From Phoronis australis (Eukaryota > Animalia > Phoronida): a stretch of 64,000 nt of DNA. The translations under genes and the position numbers were made by a program. This document shows positions 10,815-24,200 of this stretch, piece after piece. The notes under the pieces were generated by a model. The model was given only the letters and a program-made list of their open reading frames with translations. It did not search any database and was not told where the DNA came from. Location: the NCBI GenBank assembly GCA_002633005.1, contig NMRA01000198.1, positions 306,455 through 370,454 on the forward strand, in the 5' to 3' direction. Numbering within the stretch: position 1 is the stretch's first letter; each line of letters begins with the position of its first letter.

Positions 10815-13800
10815 CAGCCTTAAACAAATGTGTGATAATGAATCTGTTGTCTGCCATATCCGTGGAACTTGCAGTGCTGCACTTTTTATGTCCGGTTGGG
10901 CCTGACTTCAGCAATGCCTCATTTCAAAAACACAAACTGATGTAGTAAGGCCTCCTACTGCTTCAAAATTGATTTCTTCTTGCGTTTCACTCAAATGAGA
11001 AGCACATTTTTGAGATTGGGTGCGATTGTCCAATCGTTGCTAGTGATGGTTCAACTCAATAAGATGAAATTGAGGGACTCACTATGTTATGCACCAAGAC
11101 CGAAAGCTATATGGCAGGAAATACACTAGCTCCATGAACAGATACTAGATAGAGTTAGGCTGGAAATAGAGAGGTACCTTGACTGGACTTAGATGGAGTT
11201 TTGCTGAAATATAGAATTGTTTTGCATCAAACCTCTTAGGATTACAGTCTAGTTAGTTCGAAAACAAGGCTGTTTAGTTGCTTTTTTACCACACCAAGGT
11301 TTGATCTGATTTATATGCGTACTTCAACATTTCAAATTGTCTCATTTTCTGTAAATTTTTTAGATAAACCTTCATTCAATTGGTGGTCTATTTTTTCAGT
11401 TGCACGCTGTTTTGTTTTGGATAACCTTTTTCAAGTGCAAAAATGGAACCAAAGTTGTGAACACCAAAACAAAGTGTTCTACCCTAGTTGCATTGTGAAC
11501 AGTGGGCATGAGGATCACAACCTCTATTTATCAATTGCGTGCTGCTTTGTGTAGCTGCTTTAAATGCAGCTGTTAGCCTCATTCTTGATTGGCAATTGGA
11601 GAACTGGATGCGAGGTATGTTCACCAGTTTGTAATGGTGTTAGAGGCTGGATGCAAGACAAAAAATAGACTGGTTTTTTGACTGGACAATAGATGGAGTT
11701 ACAAGCTGGTCCATTTGAGTACTATTAACGGTTTCACTCAAAAGACATTCCACATTATGTGCAAGACTTCTTGTCTCAAAAATAAGAAAATTTTGTTAAT
11801 TTTTGTCTTCCATGTTTGTAAATAATGAATAATTCAATGGACACTACCGAGGTTGCCCCATTTCATTCAGTTTGATGTCTGGTACTACTCTTGTCATTTT
11901 AATTTTAGAAATATCATTATAACTGTTTCGTATATCAAGTTGAGTTGTCTTATATCAGTAATTACTGATAGATCTCACACAAGATAACCAATTCTCCCAT
12001 TCCAATTTAGTTTGATCACTCGCTGGGCTCATTACACAAATTCACATTCAGTTCCAGCTCTGGGACTAGGTATATCACTCTAGTCCATTGTTAGTGTTGT
12101 GTTTCAACTCACCGTACAATTACCTACCATGTTTCAATGGGGGTTAATAAAACCATTGATCAACAAGTACCAGAGAACCAAAACCTAATGCATCTATTTT
12201 GGCTAATATCGTATTTATTTGGGTAAAAATGATCCTAACTCAACTTTGGAATCCTTGGTGTATCAGTTTATTTTAGCCAGTGTTTTATTATGGTAAACCC
12301 ATCACTCATGCGGTACTTGGGCTACTCCATGCAATAGCACCTTAGATCAGATTCCCTGAGAAACGGGCCTCTTGACGACAGTGGGGCTTGTACACATGTA
12401 CTGACAAAGTACATAAAGTACAAGATGCCCACCAATTGTAACTACTCTAGCTCAGTAACACAAGTCTGAGACATCTTGTTTATTTAAATAAATATGAAAA
12501 AGAAGTGAAATTTTGATCTTTAATGCAATATGTCATTAGTAAAGTTGTATGTATTTTAATGAGAAATGCAATACATGTACTTGTTTTGCAAGTGTCCATT
12601 TTATGAATATAACTAGTAATCTTCAATGAATCTACACAGTATTTAAAGAATGGTTTACTTGAGTGACATACAATTGAAACAGAATATTTTGGGAGTTATT
12701 TGCTTGTCATAGGGTGTGGGGTCAGTGCACTACCTTTTCTGTTGTGTGATTAGGTGCAAGTGTCATTTTGTTGTAAAAAAACACCAACATTCATTAATTG
12801 TAATATGATCTAAAACGAGTCACTCCTCTTAATCATGGTTCTGTTTTTTTCAAAGAATGCAAGTTGTATCATTGCTCAAGATGGTTCACCTTTTTGTAAC
12901 TGGTTTTAATTTGCACACAATTCGTTCACTTAACTCTGACATGAAAATCCTCAAGTCTTCACATTAAAAATGACCAACTTCATGTCAGTTGTAATGTCTT
13001 ACTCTCACAAAAAGGCTGCATTGTGTTTGCAATGATCAGCTGTACAACTTTTGAAATAACGTGCCAATTTTTTTGTTGAAAACATTTGGTGATTGTTGGT
13101 CATGTGGCAGCCTCTTGTGACGTAATCTCAATAAGCAGCAGCACACTATCTCTTGTCGATATTTTATCTGTGCTTATAAAGTTCTTGTTGGAAATAAATT
13201 CTGTTATGTTGCCGTATTCTTTGAAAGGTTTGCATACAGGTTGCATTTTTTCTACTCAGATATGTCCATGTCATCTCCGTGTCAGGTAATTGTGTTAAGA
13301 GAAAACAATTCGCCATTAGAGTATCATTTGGTGGAGTAACATCTCAAAGTTATCCATTGTTATTCAAGAAATTTTGAATCGTTGTCTGACTTGGTCATTA
13401 CTTATTCACTACTTGTTAACTCCTTTCTGACACTGTCCAAACTAAAAAATCTACTGAATATGTGCGACTGCCTATACGCATAAATGTAAAACACTATAGC
13501 AAAACTTAAGCAGCAAGTTTTTACAGTAACAGTAGATCCTGATGTGCATTCAATTAATACTAACTTCTTTAAGGTAATCCAGGACCCTAGAAAAGTGTCC
13601 AAACTTGGCTAGCTTTGTAACATCTTGCCTCAGAAATGTTGTTCAGATTCATACAAAACTTTCAGATACTATGCTTTATGCATTGTTTTTAAAGTGTTGC
13701 ATCTTCGACAAGTCAGAAGTTGCATAAAATGGCAAAATGTTAATTTACAAAACTATAACAGTGTGTTTGAGATTTCACCTTGAAGATTTATATCAAATGA

Positions 13801-15228
13801 AAATGGGTAATACTATTGATAGCTTTGTTTTGCTAGCAATGTAACTTTGTTTTACTAAAGTAATTTTTACTCAACAGATTTGGTCAAATGACTAGCAATG
13901 GCACAGTAGTAAAAAATCAAATTCTACAGGCTTTCTACTTTTGCCAAGTTCAAATTTTAGGTTTTGTAGACACTTGACTAGATTTGCAGGCTTGTCTATA
14001 AGGTCCTGCATAATTTAAGAACGCACAAAACTGAACAAGGGAGGACTGTCTGCACCCATATGTAAATGTCTTTAGTCTTGTATACACACCATATATGATG
14101 AACAACAGAAACTCTCAGTGAAGTGTGCTGTGCTATACCAAACTTCAACAAAATTAGCCTTTTATTATAAAAATAAAAATCTACCAATATTACAATACAC
14201 TTTCTACAAAATTTACCACAAAGATATTTAATCAACGCTGTATGATCAATCAAAAATGCTTAATTACACTAACAATGCTTTCTTGCCAACACAAAATGAC
14301 AAGAGAGCGATAACCATCATGTGATCTGAACCAGACTAAATACAGAGTTTTTGTCAACAAAATACAGTTTGCAACATCAGTGTTCATCACCTGACATTAG
14401 CAACCTCCCCGAGAGTCAACTTCTGGGGATCGAGAAACTCCAGGGGATCAAGAAACTGAAAGGTGACCTGAAAACGAGTTCAGACGGACTTTAAAGCTAA
14501 GCCAATGTTGCCATCACAAAATGCATTCAAATCTCAATAAGTGGTGCGAACAATTATGCAATGGAACAACTACAACCAAAGCAACTCATATAACATGCAA
14601 TTGGGTTGGAAATGGAGAAATGGAATGTTATAAGTAAAGGAACATGATAAATTACGTTTGCTGTATCATTGTTGTCAATGTTAAATGGCCTTATGCAAAG
14701 CTCTACAAAAGTTTCAACCATACTGGCCTGCTGTGTACCATAATACTATACAAATTACATTGAAAGTACCATGACCAAATACTTGAATTCCAGCTAATAT
14801 GTGTCGACACAGAGAGCAACCAAAAATACCCGTCTGGAATTTTCTCACATTACCATGAATATCATACATTTACAAAATATAATACAATTACCTTGGCCCC
14901 AACTACCAATGGTTCCTCATGATTGTAAAATCTAATACTACAGAGACGAGGCAGTTCTGGTGCACAATCTAAGCACACCTGGAGTGCATGCAAGTCAAAA
15001 CAAATGGTACTTCATAGTAGACAGACACACCGGGTACTATACATGCCTCCATTACAGCACTATAACAGTAGTCGAGCAGAGGAGGGGTCAAGACTCCTTC
15101 GACCTTCTCTTGGTTTCACAACAAAAACAACCTGCGTACTTTGCCACAATATTATTGACAGTACACCAACATTGTTTCTCTTCCCACACTAAGTCATTGC
15201 TTGGGGAAAGCAGCCTCAGGCACGTGAA

Positions 15229-18200
15229 TCAACCGAGAGCAGCTCGACTCACTCTTCCCAGCACTCCCTGTAGTGCATGGCATTTCTCCTCATACTTGCA
15301 TCGCGTTCTCTCTGCCTCCTTCTGGCGTTTCTCCGTCACATACATTGCCTTCATCAACTCGGCATTTTCAATGTACAGGTCTTTACACAGCAGCTCAAAC
15401 TTCGCCAACTTTTCAAGCTGAAAAGTCAGAATCAAATTTTGAACAAATGTATAAATCGAAAACAAAAAGGCATACAACTCTTTAACGTAGTATGGCCACA
15501 AAAGCTACTTTCACTATGGACAAATGCAAGAATGACCCTCAAAAACTTCAAGACCTACCCTTAACATCAAGGTAACTCTGAGGGATTTATTCCTAATTGC
15601 AGAGCATCCCAGAATATGAGCAACAACCAACTGTGCAATAGTGGTGAGGAGGCAGTGTGGCCCAGTGAGTTGGGTGTCCACCTCCTGTTCTCAAGGTCGT
15701 AGGTTCAAATCCCACTGGACCTCAATGCTAGACTCTTGACTTAAGTCTCTAGCTCCTCAGCTCAAGTGTTAATTTGTGAGTACACGAGTTACATGTGTAC
15801 ATTAATAAACGAAAAATGATTTCAGATGTTTGGTGTGGACGACTCATGCATTGTGTATCCAATCATCTGCACTGCTAGTTTTTAACAGTGCACACCACAG
15901 ATAATCAGACAAAATCATGTAGACTTCTGTGACATGATGGCTGGGTGCGAATGGAACTCATCATAACAGTAGCCTCCCAACATGATCAGGAATCATGGGA
16001 AGTTAACAGCAAAGTAAGCAAGTTTGAAACACCATTCCACAACTTTTTTGACACGAGGGGTCATTACCAGTCATTTTTGCTTAAAACGGAAAGTCATGAC
16101 AAGGAAACAGAGTTTCATCAGATTCTTTGTGCGGTATGTACACTAACAAGACAACCTATGATCTCCCTTACCTTACCTCAAACCAATCAGACAGTACCAT
16201 CAAGTTATCTGCACTCTACTCATCTTAATACTCCTCATCCTACCTCCAGGCAAATAAAGAGCAGCTTCAACTCACCTGAGCTCTACTCTTCTCCATCTGT
16301 TCATTCAGCAGTGACTGGGTCAGTCGCACCCTCTTCCGGAGCTCCTCCATCTCCGTCTCTGTTCTCTTCGTCTCAAGTTCATTCCTGCCCTCCGTGTCCA
16401 ACAACAGTTTCATTGTCTCGGCAGTCTGGCTCTCCAACGCCCTCTCCAGGTCGCCATTGTTGCACTCCAGCTGACGTACGCGTGCCAACACTGCCTCATA
16501 CTTATCCAAATCGATCAGCTCCCCCTGTCGGTCAATTAGGAACTGTTTCTCCCGGAAATGCTGCGATTGAGCTAGTGTCAAATTGGCATTAGCCTCCAGC
16601 AGCTTGTCGCGGGCTTGCTTCAGCTGTTCCTTTAATGAAGCCCTCTCCTTCTGCCATTCCTTGGCACGCTCTTGGTTGGCGGCAGTGTTCAGTGTCTCCT
16701 CTCTGCCGTCAATTACAGATTGTATTCGCTCCTGCTTCAATTTATAAACCTGCTCCTCCAGGTCGGCCACAGTATCGTTATTCTCTTCAAGAACCTGTTG
16801 CAGATGGTCCTTCAGCTCATCAATAGTATCCTCTGCCTGTAGTGAATAACAAGAGATTATCATCCAATGCATTGGATTAAGATAACTCTTATCAGGAAAT
16901 GATGTTTTTAATTTGAACACTAAGGCCTCTTTGTGGAAATCACATACTGAAATAAGCAGTATATGACTATTGTAGAGTTTTCACAATTTTGTGGACAGTC
17001 ATAGACGCAGGCTTCCATCTCTGCAAAGTACAGGCTGCATGTATATTAAACTATGTCAAACATATCTGGCTTAATAATAACGATAACATCAGAGTCTGGG
17101 ATCTCATCTTTGAGCTTGAAATTAAACTTAAAATTGAGTATAAAGCATGCGAGCACCCAAGGGGGGCTCAAATGAGCCCCCTATTTGGCGGAAGTGAGCA
17201 TAAAGGTCCACCTCAGAGAAACAAAAACTCCGAACAAAAAGTATAAAATAAGACATATGTCCACTAAAACAGCAGGAACTAACAAAATTCAACAAATGCA
17301 ATATTCAAAACTTTGAACGAACCCCGCGAATCTTAGTAAAAGGTACACATTCTCAAAAATTCGAGCCTCCCATTTTTTAGGTTGGGTTCGCCTGTGCAAT
17401 GGTAAGACTCTGGAGTTCATACTTTTTACAAATGTGGCTATCAATCCCAAAGTCACTTTCTTCCCATGTGTTTCAGAGGTTATTTTCTCAAAATGGCCGC
17501 CATGCGTGTGCAACTGGTTTTACCAAGTGCAATGCTTCACTGAATGGTATAGTAACATTGACTACGGGTGGAGAAGACAATGCTATGACTGTGCAACATG
17601 TTCTCTGCTTGTTTTGTAAGCTAGATGTTGTCAGCAAGAACTAATTAGATGTTCTAGGTAGTTGAAGCGGCTGAACCAGTGGAGTGTTCCAGTATAATAG
17701 GCTCTTTACCAAGACAAGTAGGCATCATTGTTCTCAGATTAATAAACAATTCTGCTTTCTGAAAAGAGTTCAATAACACTAAATTTTTATCAGCGCCACA
17801 TGAAACATTTTCAAATCCCATGTGAGCATTTTCAGCAACATCGACTCCGTGCCCTTACCCTGTCGTTCTCATCGCGTAGCATCTCAACTTCGCGGTTCAG
17901 CCGATCTATTTCGATGTGGTTCTCAGTCAGACCTTGGTCTGTTTCCCTCAGCATCATATTCTCATCTTCCAATGCGTGCACTTGTTTCAACAGTTCTTCT
18001 TTCTCACTGTTGAACGCCTCGCGGATTCGCTCAACCTGATCTACCAGTCCATCCTGAAACGGCAAGAGGCAGTCATCTTGAAACAGCATGAACCACCATT
18101 GAAACAGCTTTTAGGAAAGCAACTGATATGACACTGTCACAGTAAATGAGATTTTTTACGTTATCATGAGTGCATTTTTGGAGATTTGCAAATATGCAAC

Positions 18201-21200
18201 TTAAAATTTAAGAAATGGTTTCATAAAAATGCTACATATCAGCTCAACCCTGAACACTCATTAAAAACTGGAAAAGTTAACTTGCCTCACTGCATTATTA
18301 GAGTTCAGTTCAGACAGATGAGAAAACAAAGTGAAACAACCACAACACCTAGAATGCTTACCTGTCCCAATATAATAATAAAACTATTGTGCACAAATTC
18401 AAATCTCATTGACTTAAGCATTACCTCCAATTCACTTCTGACTTTTTCTGTCTGTTCTGCCTTAATTCTCTGCCTCTCCTCAAGAAGTCGCTGCTGTAGA
18501 CTATCCAACTCATCACTATGACTCTGTTTACTTTTTTCCAGCTTTACTTTCTGTTCCTTCAGTTCTCGCTCATGCAGTGCTTTCAAATCCTCTTTCTCTG
18601 CCGTGAATGCTTTACCTGTACAGCCAATGCAATAAACTTATTTAGCTGATAAAAAGCACCAATGTGCCTAACCATGCATTGCCCACATTGACTCAATAGA
18701 AGACAGCTGCAATGCAACAATCACATGATAGCGAAGACATGTGCAACCATCTCGTTTTTACAAATTTTCCACAAAATCACTTGCAACAGCTTCTTATTTA
18801 ATTTGAACTTTTCTTATCTAGTAAAATTGTGCTTTTCATGAACAAAAATGCATTCTCGTCTAACCCTGGAAAGTGTGTGCCAAGCCCACAGGCAGATTTA
18901 TGATGTTGTAAGGATGCTCAAACAACAATTTTCAAAGAAAAATGTTCGCATTAACAATAAAAAAAATTATAAATCCATGCGCATTTTTGTTGTTTTCTTT
19001 TCTTTACTGGTCATGTCCGGTTCCCTAGGCCTCTCTAAATCCCCCTACGCATTCCACTTATTCGATAAAATGTAATTCGATCAAAACACAATTTCTAAAT
19101 ATAGCCAACACAAAAGCACAATTCCACAGACAGTCAGAAGTTCATTTAACTTTGACAAACAATAACAAACTTGATGAATATTTAATTAGCACCTACTACT
19201 TAATGATTTACTATTTCTGAGGCATTAAAACGGAAGAACTACTAATCTTTAAAGGAATTAGTGCCTTAGAAGAAAACTGTTGCACTGCTAATCAATACAC
19301 ACACAAAAATACTTGTGCTCATTTCCCATGTTGCCATGTAAGCATATCCTGGCATTTAGGTCCACAAGTCAGTATGTAATGGTGTGCTTATATCCAAATC
19401 ATTGTCATTAAAACTCGTAGGCACATACATTAGGCTACACAGAAACGTCCACTTTAAAACATGTAAAAGACACACACCTGCCTGCGCTTAAAAGTTAGAT
19501 ATAATACATAACGTCAGAAATCCATGTGTACGCCTAAATGCGCACAACTATGGTAAGAAAGTAATTTTTTATTACAGTGACATGTGTTTGCACACCTGAA
19601 TCAAAACAATAACAACAAAACAGGAACACTCAGACCACCACGTGGCTCATAAGTCACTTTAGATACATGACCAAAAAGAGAACACATTGATGAAAGTGAT
19701 CATATATAAGTGAAAATTTTCCATACCTCAAAATATTTTGATGAAAAATGCAGTTTTCCTGGTATACAAAACAATGACAATGTAATAGACTGACTCACTG
19801 AGATCAACTTTCTGTCGCTCAAACTGTTTGTTCAACTCTTCTCTGTCCGACTGATAGGACGACACCAGTTTGGCCTTCTCCTCTACAATAATGTCCTTTT
19901 TATAGCTATCAAGCAGTTCGTAGAAGTCGTCCTTTAATTTTCCTCTCAAAGCCTTTGCACCCTATGGAAATGTACACAATCTTTAAATATCTCCCTCTTG
20001 AGTGATATCAGAACAAGGTGATAAGAGTTTCTGACACATTTCTCTCTGGAATAGGCACAATACCATGTCTGCATGACTGTATTTAGAGATTTTGGGACAT
20101 CATACATGTTCAACAGGGAATACTGTTTAACTACCCAGCAAACAATACATATTTGTAACAGCCAAGAAAATGAAGAACTATGGTGAATTTCACTCCCAGA
20201 GTACAAAGACGGGCGTTAATTAATAAGATTGATAGACAGAATGCTTGGTTGGTTTACCTCACTGAACATGTTTTCGTAATCTGAGATTCGTTTCTCCAAA
20301 GATTGCTTGAGACGACTATTCTCCAGGTCAAATCTTTCTTGAAGCGATTTTTCTTTTTGTTCAAAATCCTTTTGAAGCTTCTGTAAGGAATGTTGTATAT
20401 AGCAAGTCAGAGATTGATGTTACAAACTTTTTGTCAGTACAAATTGGCTAGAACAAAAATTGACAAAAAGTAAACTAGTAGGAAAATTATAAAAAGCTTA
20501 AGAGTTATCCTATACAAGCACCAAAATAAAAATATAATTAAACTATATCTCATTGTCTTAAAAATAATTCTCACCCAATCACAAAAATTGGTTTACAAAA
20601 GAAAGACTTAAAAAATTCTTAATAAGACTTAATTATTGCAAAGCATGTACATTTTGTATTACCACACGCAATTATAAAATCTCTCTGTATACTTATTACA
20701 TTGATAATAATGTATTAAGATAACACTGTACATTAAATACAAAACAGTAACACAGGACAACCAGGTGCACCATTGGACAACAAGATGTACGAAGCAAGCT
20801 ATGCCTGCCAACATTTCTCCAACTAAATCCTTGCAACATCACTCCAAGTCTTAAACACAAAACAGTGCATTTAACTTGAGCATACACTCATCTCCATCTT
20901 GGCAATACCAGTTCCTGCATTCATTCTTTATCCAAATATCCCATAAAAATGTAATATTTTTGGTAAAGAAGCAGTGTAAAGATTGTTGGTAGATAGTGAA
21001 AGGATCATTTGTGGACAACCTTTCAGTGCCACCTACAATTCACATGGATTGGGCTACAAAGCCGTGGGATTTGGCAGTGTTCTCCAACCATCATACGTAT
21101 TAATATACCACAGTAGCACATGACTGTAGTGAAGCCTGTGATCCCGTCTCTCTGTTTTAAGTCAATCTTCTCCCTCATATACTCCAATATCCAGTCAATA

Positions 21201-24200
21201 CTATACTAGAACCACTGTACAGCACTCATTCACCTATTTCTATCAATGCATGACAGTATCACCATATTCACCACCCTCGCAAACAACTCACAATATACAG
21301 TCAATACACTAATACCACCGTACTCACCTCTCTCTGCACTCTCAACTCCCTATCTCTCACTTACACCTAATAGTACCCAGTCGATACACTACAGTACCAC
21401 TGTACTCACTTCTCTCTGCACTCTCAACTCTCACTAACACCTAATAGTACCCAGTCGATACACTACAGTACCACTGTACTCACTTCTCTCTGTACTCTCA
21501 ACTCTCACTAACACCTAACAGTACCCAGTCGATACACTACAGTACCACTGTACTCACCTCTCTCTGTACTCTCAACTCCCTGTTCATCCTATCCCTCGTC
21601 TGCTCCTCTTGTCTGTCCTGATCCTGCTGGAATGACCGTTCCAATGTCTCCTTCTCCGAGCGCATCTTCTCAATGACCTCCGACACCCGCACTTCGACCT
21701 CATCCTCAAACTCAGCATGTAGTCTCTTTGTGAGGCTCACTTTCTCTTCTGCAAATCGTTCTTCAAGAGTGTTCTTCTCATCCTCAAGTCGGTCAATCAG
21801 TTCGTGAGTTTTATTCTCAAAGTCTTCTTTTAAGCGCTTCTGTAAATGATCCACGATTGCACATACAATACCTGACAAAGTGAAGAGTACACAAGTCATA
21901 CTCTGGCTTCACTCTGACAAAGTTCAGCAGTACAGTTGTTCTAGTCCGTGCACTTAGCCCTTCAGATAAGTCGGATACTATTTTACTCAGACAACGGTAA
22001 TAGTCTCTTACAAGGGTCTTGCATTTTGAGAACCAGTTTTCTTCATTGAACTGTGGTTATCAAACTGGTTCTTAAAATCAGACACCTCTGTAAGGATTAT
22101 AGTCAGGATAACAGCTCACAGTTCGGTTGGATCCAACTTACATGGGTGTTACAGCAATACATTTTTGGAAACTATTACACAAGATATAAAATGTCTATAT
22201 AGCTGAGCCTCTTTAATTTTAATTCGGTGCGGCATTGAAAAGTTTGTCAAAATCACAAGCAAATGTAGAACGACTAAAATTTGTTGCACAAAGATGTGAG
22301 TCAGACAAAATTGTCCAATGACAAAAAGAGAATAAACACAAACATGCCTATTACTACACCCACTGACCTTCTCATCTTGAAATTCCTTCAGGAGTCCCTC
22401 CTTCTCCCTCTCGTGAGCCTCCACCATGTCAGTGATCTCCTGTTTGAACGCCTGCTCCATCTGGTGGCTTTCCTGGTCCAGGTTCTGGCGGACCTCCTTC
22501 ATCTGCTGATCCTTGTCAGCTCGCAGCTTATCCAGCTCTGCTTTTAGTCGCACCACTGAAAAAAAACAAAGTTCCCTATGTTGAATGGACTACATCATAA
22601 CAACTATCTCATATCTAGCGACTATTCCAGACCAGAGCGGTTTTCAAATGACATCATTCTAGGCCTGTGCTAAGCATTTGCAGTTGTTTCTCGAGCATGA
22701 CAACAAAGAGTTCCTGTTAAACACCCAATGGAACCAGAGCAGTGCTTTTGGATAATTTCATCACGTTTTCTCGTGGAAAAAAAGTTCCCAACCCAACTTT
22801 GCACAAACAATTCAACTTCAAAAGTCAAATAATTCGAAAAACTACCAGTTTCCCACAACAGTATCTGTATTTAATTCAGCCACTATCTTTTGCTGTGATG
22901 TCACTGAGAATGCCATAATTTCTTTATCCATGACCACTCAAACTACTTTTACCATTACTAGTGATAATCAGGCACATACACACTGACAATTTTGTCCTTA
23001 AAGGTGGAGATAAATCTTAACCTTTCTGCCCAAAAACGGCTTTTGATTTAAGCCACTCAACCTCATCGTGACCCTTGTTAATGATTTCTCGACATGAACA
23101 GAATTAACAGGTGCTTCCAGCCAGATCCATCAAGTCGCCAGTCAAAGCAGGTTAGTTTAAGTCGCTACAGCTTTATGGCTGCCCAGAAAACTATGGGCGA
23201 TTAATTGCAACCAATGTGAAATCAAACAAAGGATAAGAATGTAATGATGTTGCTTCAGAAGAGCAAATACACAAGTGAAGAAAGTTATTGCCAAAAGCGG
23301 CAGGAAATAGTTTACAGTGTTTTGCACACTGGTCCTGGCCTCGTAACTGGACACACCTAAAAAGATATTTCCATAGTCATACCAAAGACAGACACATAGA
23401 TTTTTTCCATGCACAGCTTGTGGTAGATAAGGGTGCCCATTATATCAAAATCTGTACTGCAGGCATAATTCTGCTCACTAGAATGGGTTGTTGTAGCGTT
23501 GCATTCATTCTAACTTGCCTCCAACCATCTTAGTTACAACCACAGCCTTACATAGTACAGGCATGCAGTCTTGCTTTTAAACAGCTCCCTCTGTTGACAT
23601 TACACAGCCAGCTTCATTTACCTTCAATATCGTCCGATTCTTTCTTCACCAAAGGCAACCTTCTCCGTTGCGGTCCCGGAGTGGACTTTACACTGGCATC
23701 ATCATCATCAGAATTTTCTGCGGTTAAAATTAGTAAGAACTCACTCATACACACCACACATGCACGTAATTAGGCCCGTCTACCTATATCCAAATTAAGA
23801 CATTTTTTCAATAAAAATAATTTTGTTCAAATGTTTCACTCGTAGGCGCATATGCCTAAGCTCCACTTATAAGTGCCGGCGATATTTTTTAATTTTATGT
23901 ATACTGGATGTTGTTTATATTTTGAAGCATTCTTGGTACTTTTAATTCTCAGCCTTAAATTGAATCCACCAAAGTCCATCATTTTTTAAGCTAATTTTCA
24001 TTCACAAAATATTTGAGAATTCGCTCTTTGATTTTACTCCACTATTTCACACATAGCCACATTTGTCCGTGGCCTTAAATATGTGCATGGCCTTAAATAT
24101 GTGCCTAAACCAGTAGATAAGTTTACATACCCAGATTGAACGTCATTCATAGAACCCACCACCAATAGAAGTCACTGTCAGCAATGATTACCAATAACCT

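Larger units (their letters stand above)
8634..12729 (+). repeat. ~1.9-kb tandem duplication (8634-10573 / 10815-12729), each copy starting at a gap; likely haplotype or assembly duplication
   Basis: Both copies start CAGCCTTAAACAAATGTG immediately after Ns; the first ~720 bp look identical, the rest differ by SNPs and small indels. Confidence 0.9.

Noticed and set aside
8428-10945. ORFs containing X runs and LTPHPIV / IGCGVST repeats
   Set aside because: They span N gaps and the 21-bp minisatellite.
14960-16826. Plus-strand ORFs of 150-215 aa opposite ninein exons (also 17800-18521, 33055-33546, 42387-43535)
   Set aside because: Antisense shadows of real coding exons with no recognisable motifs.
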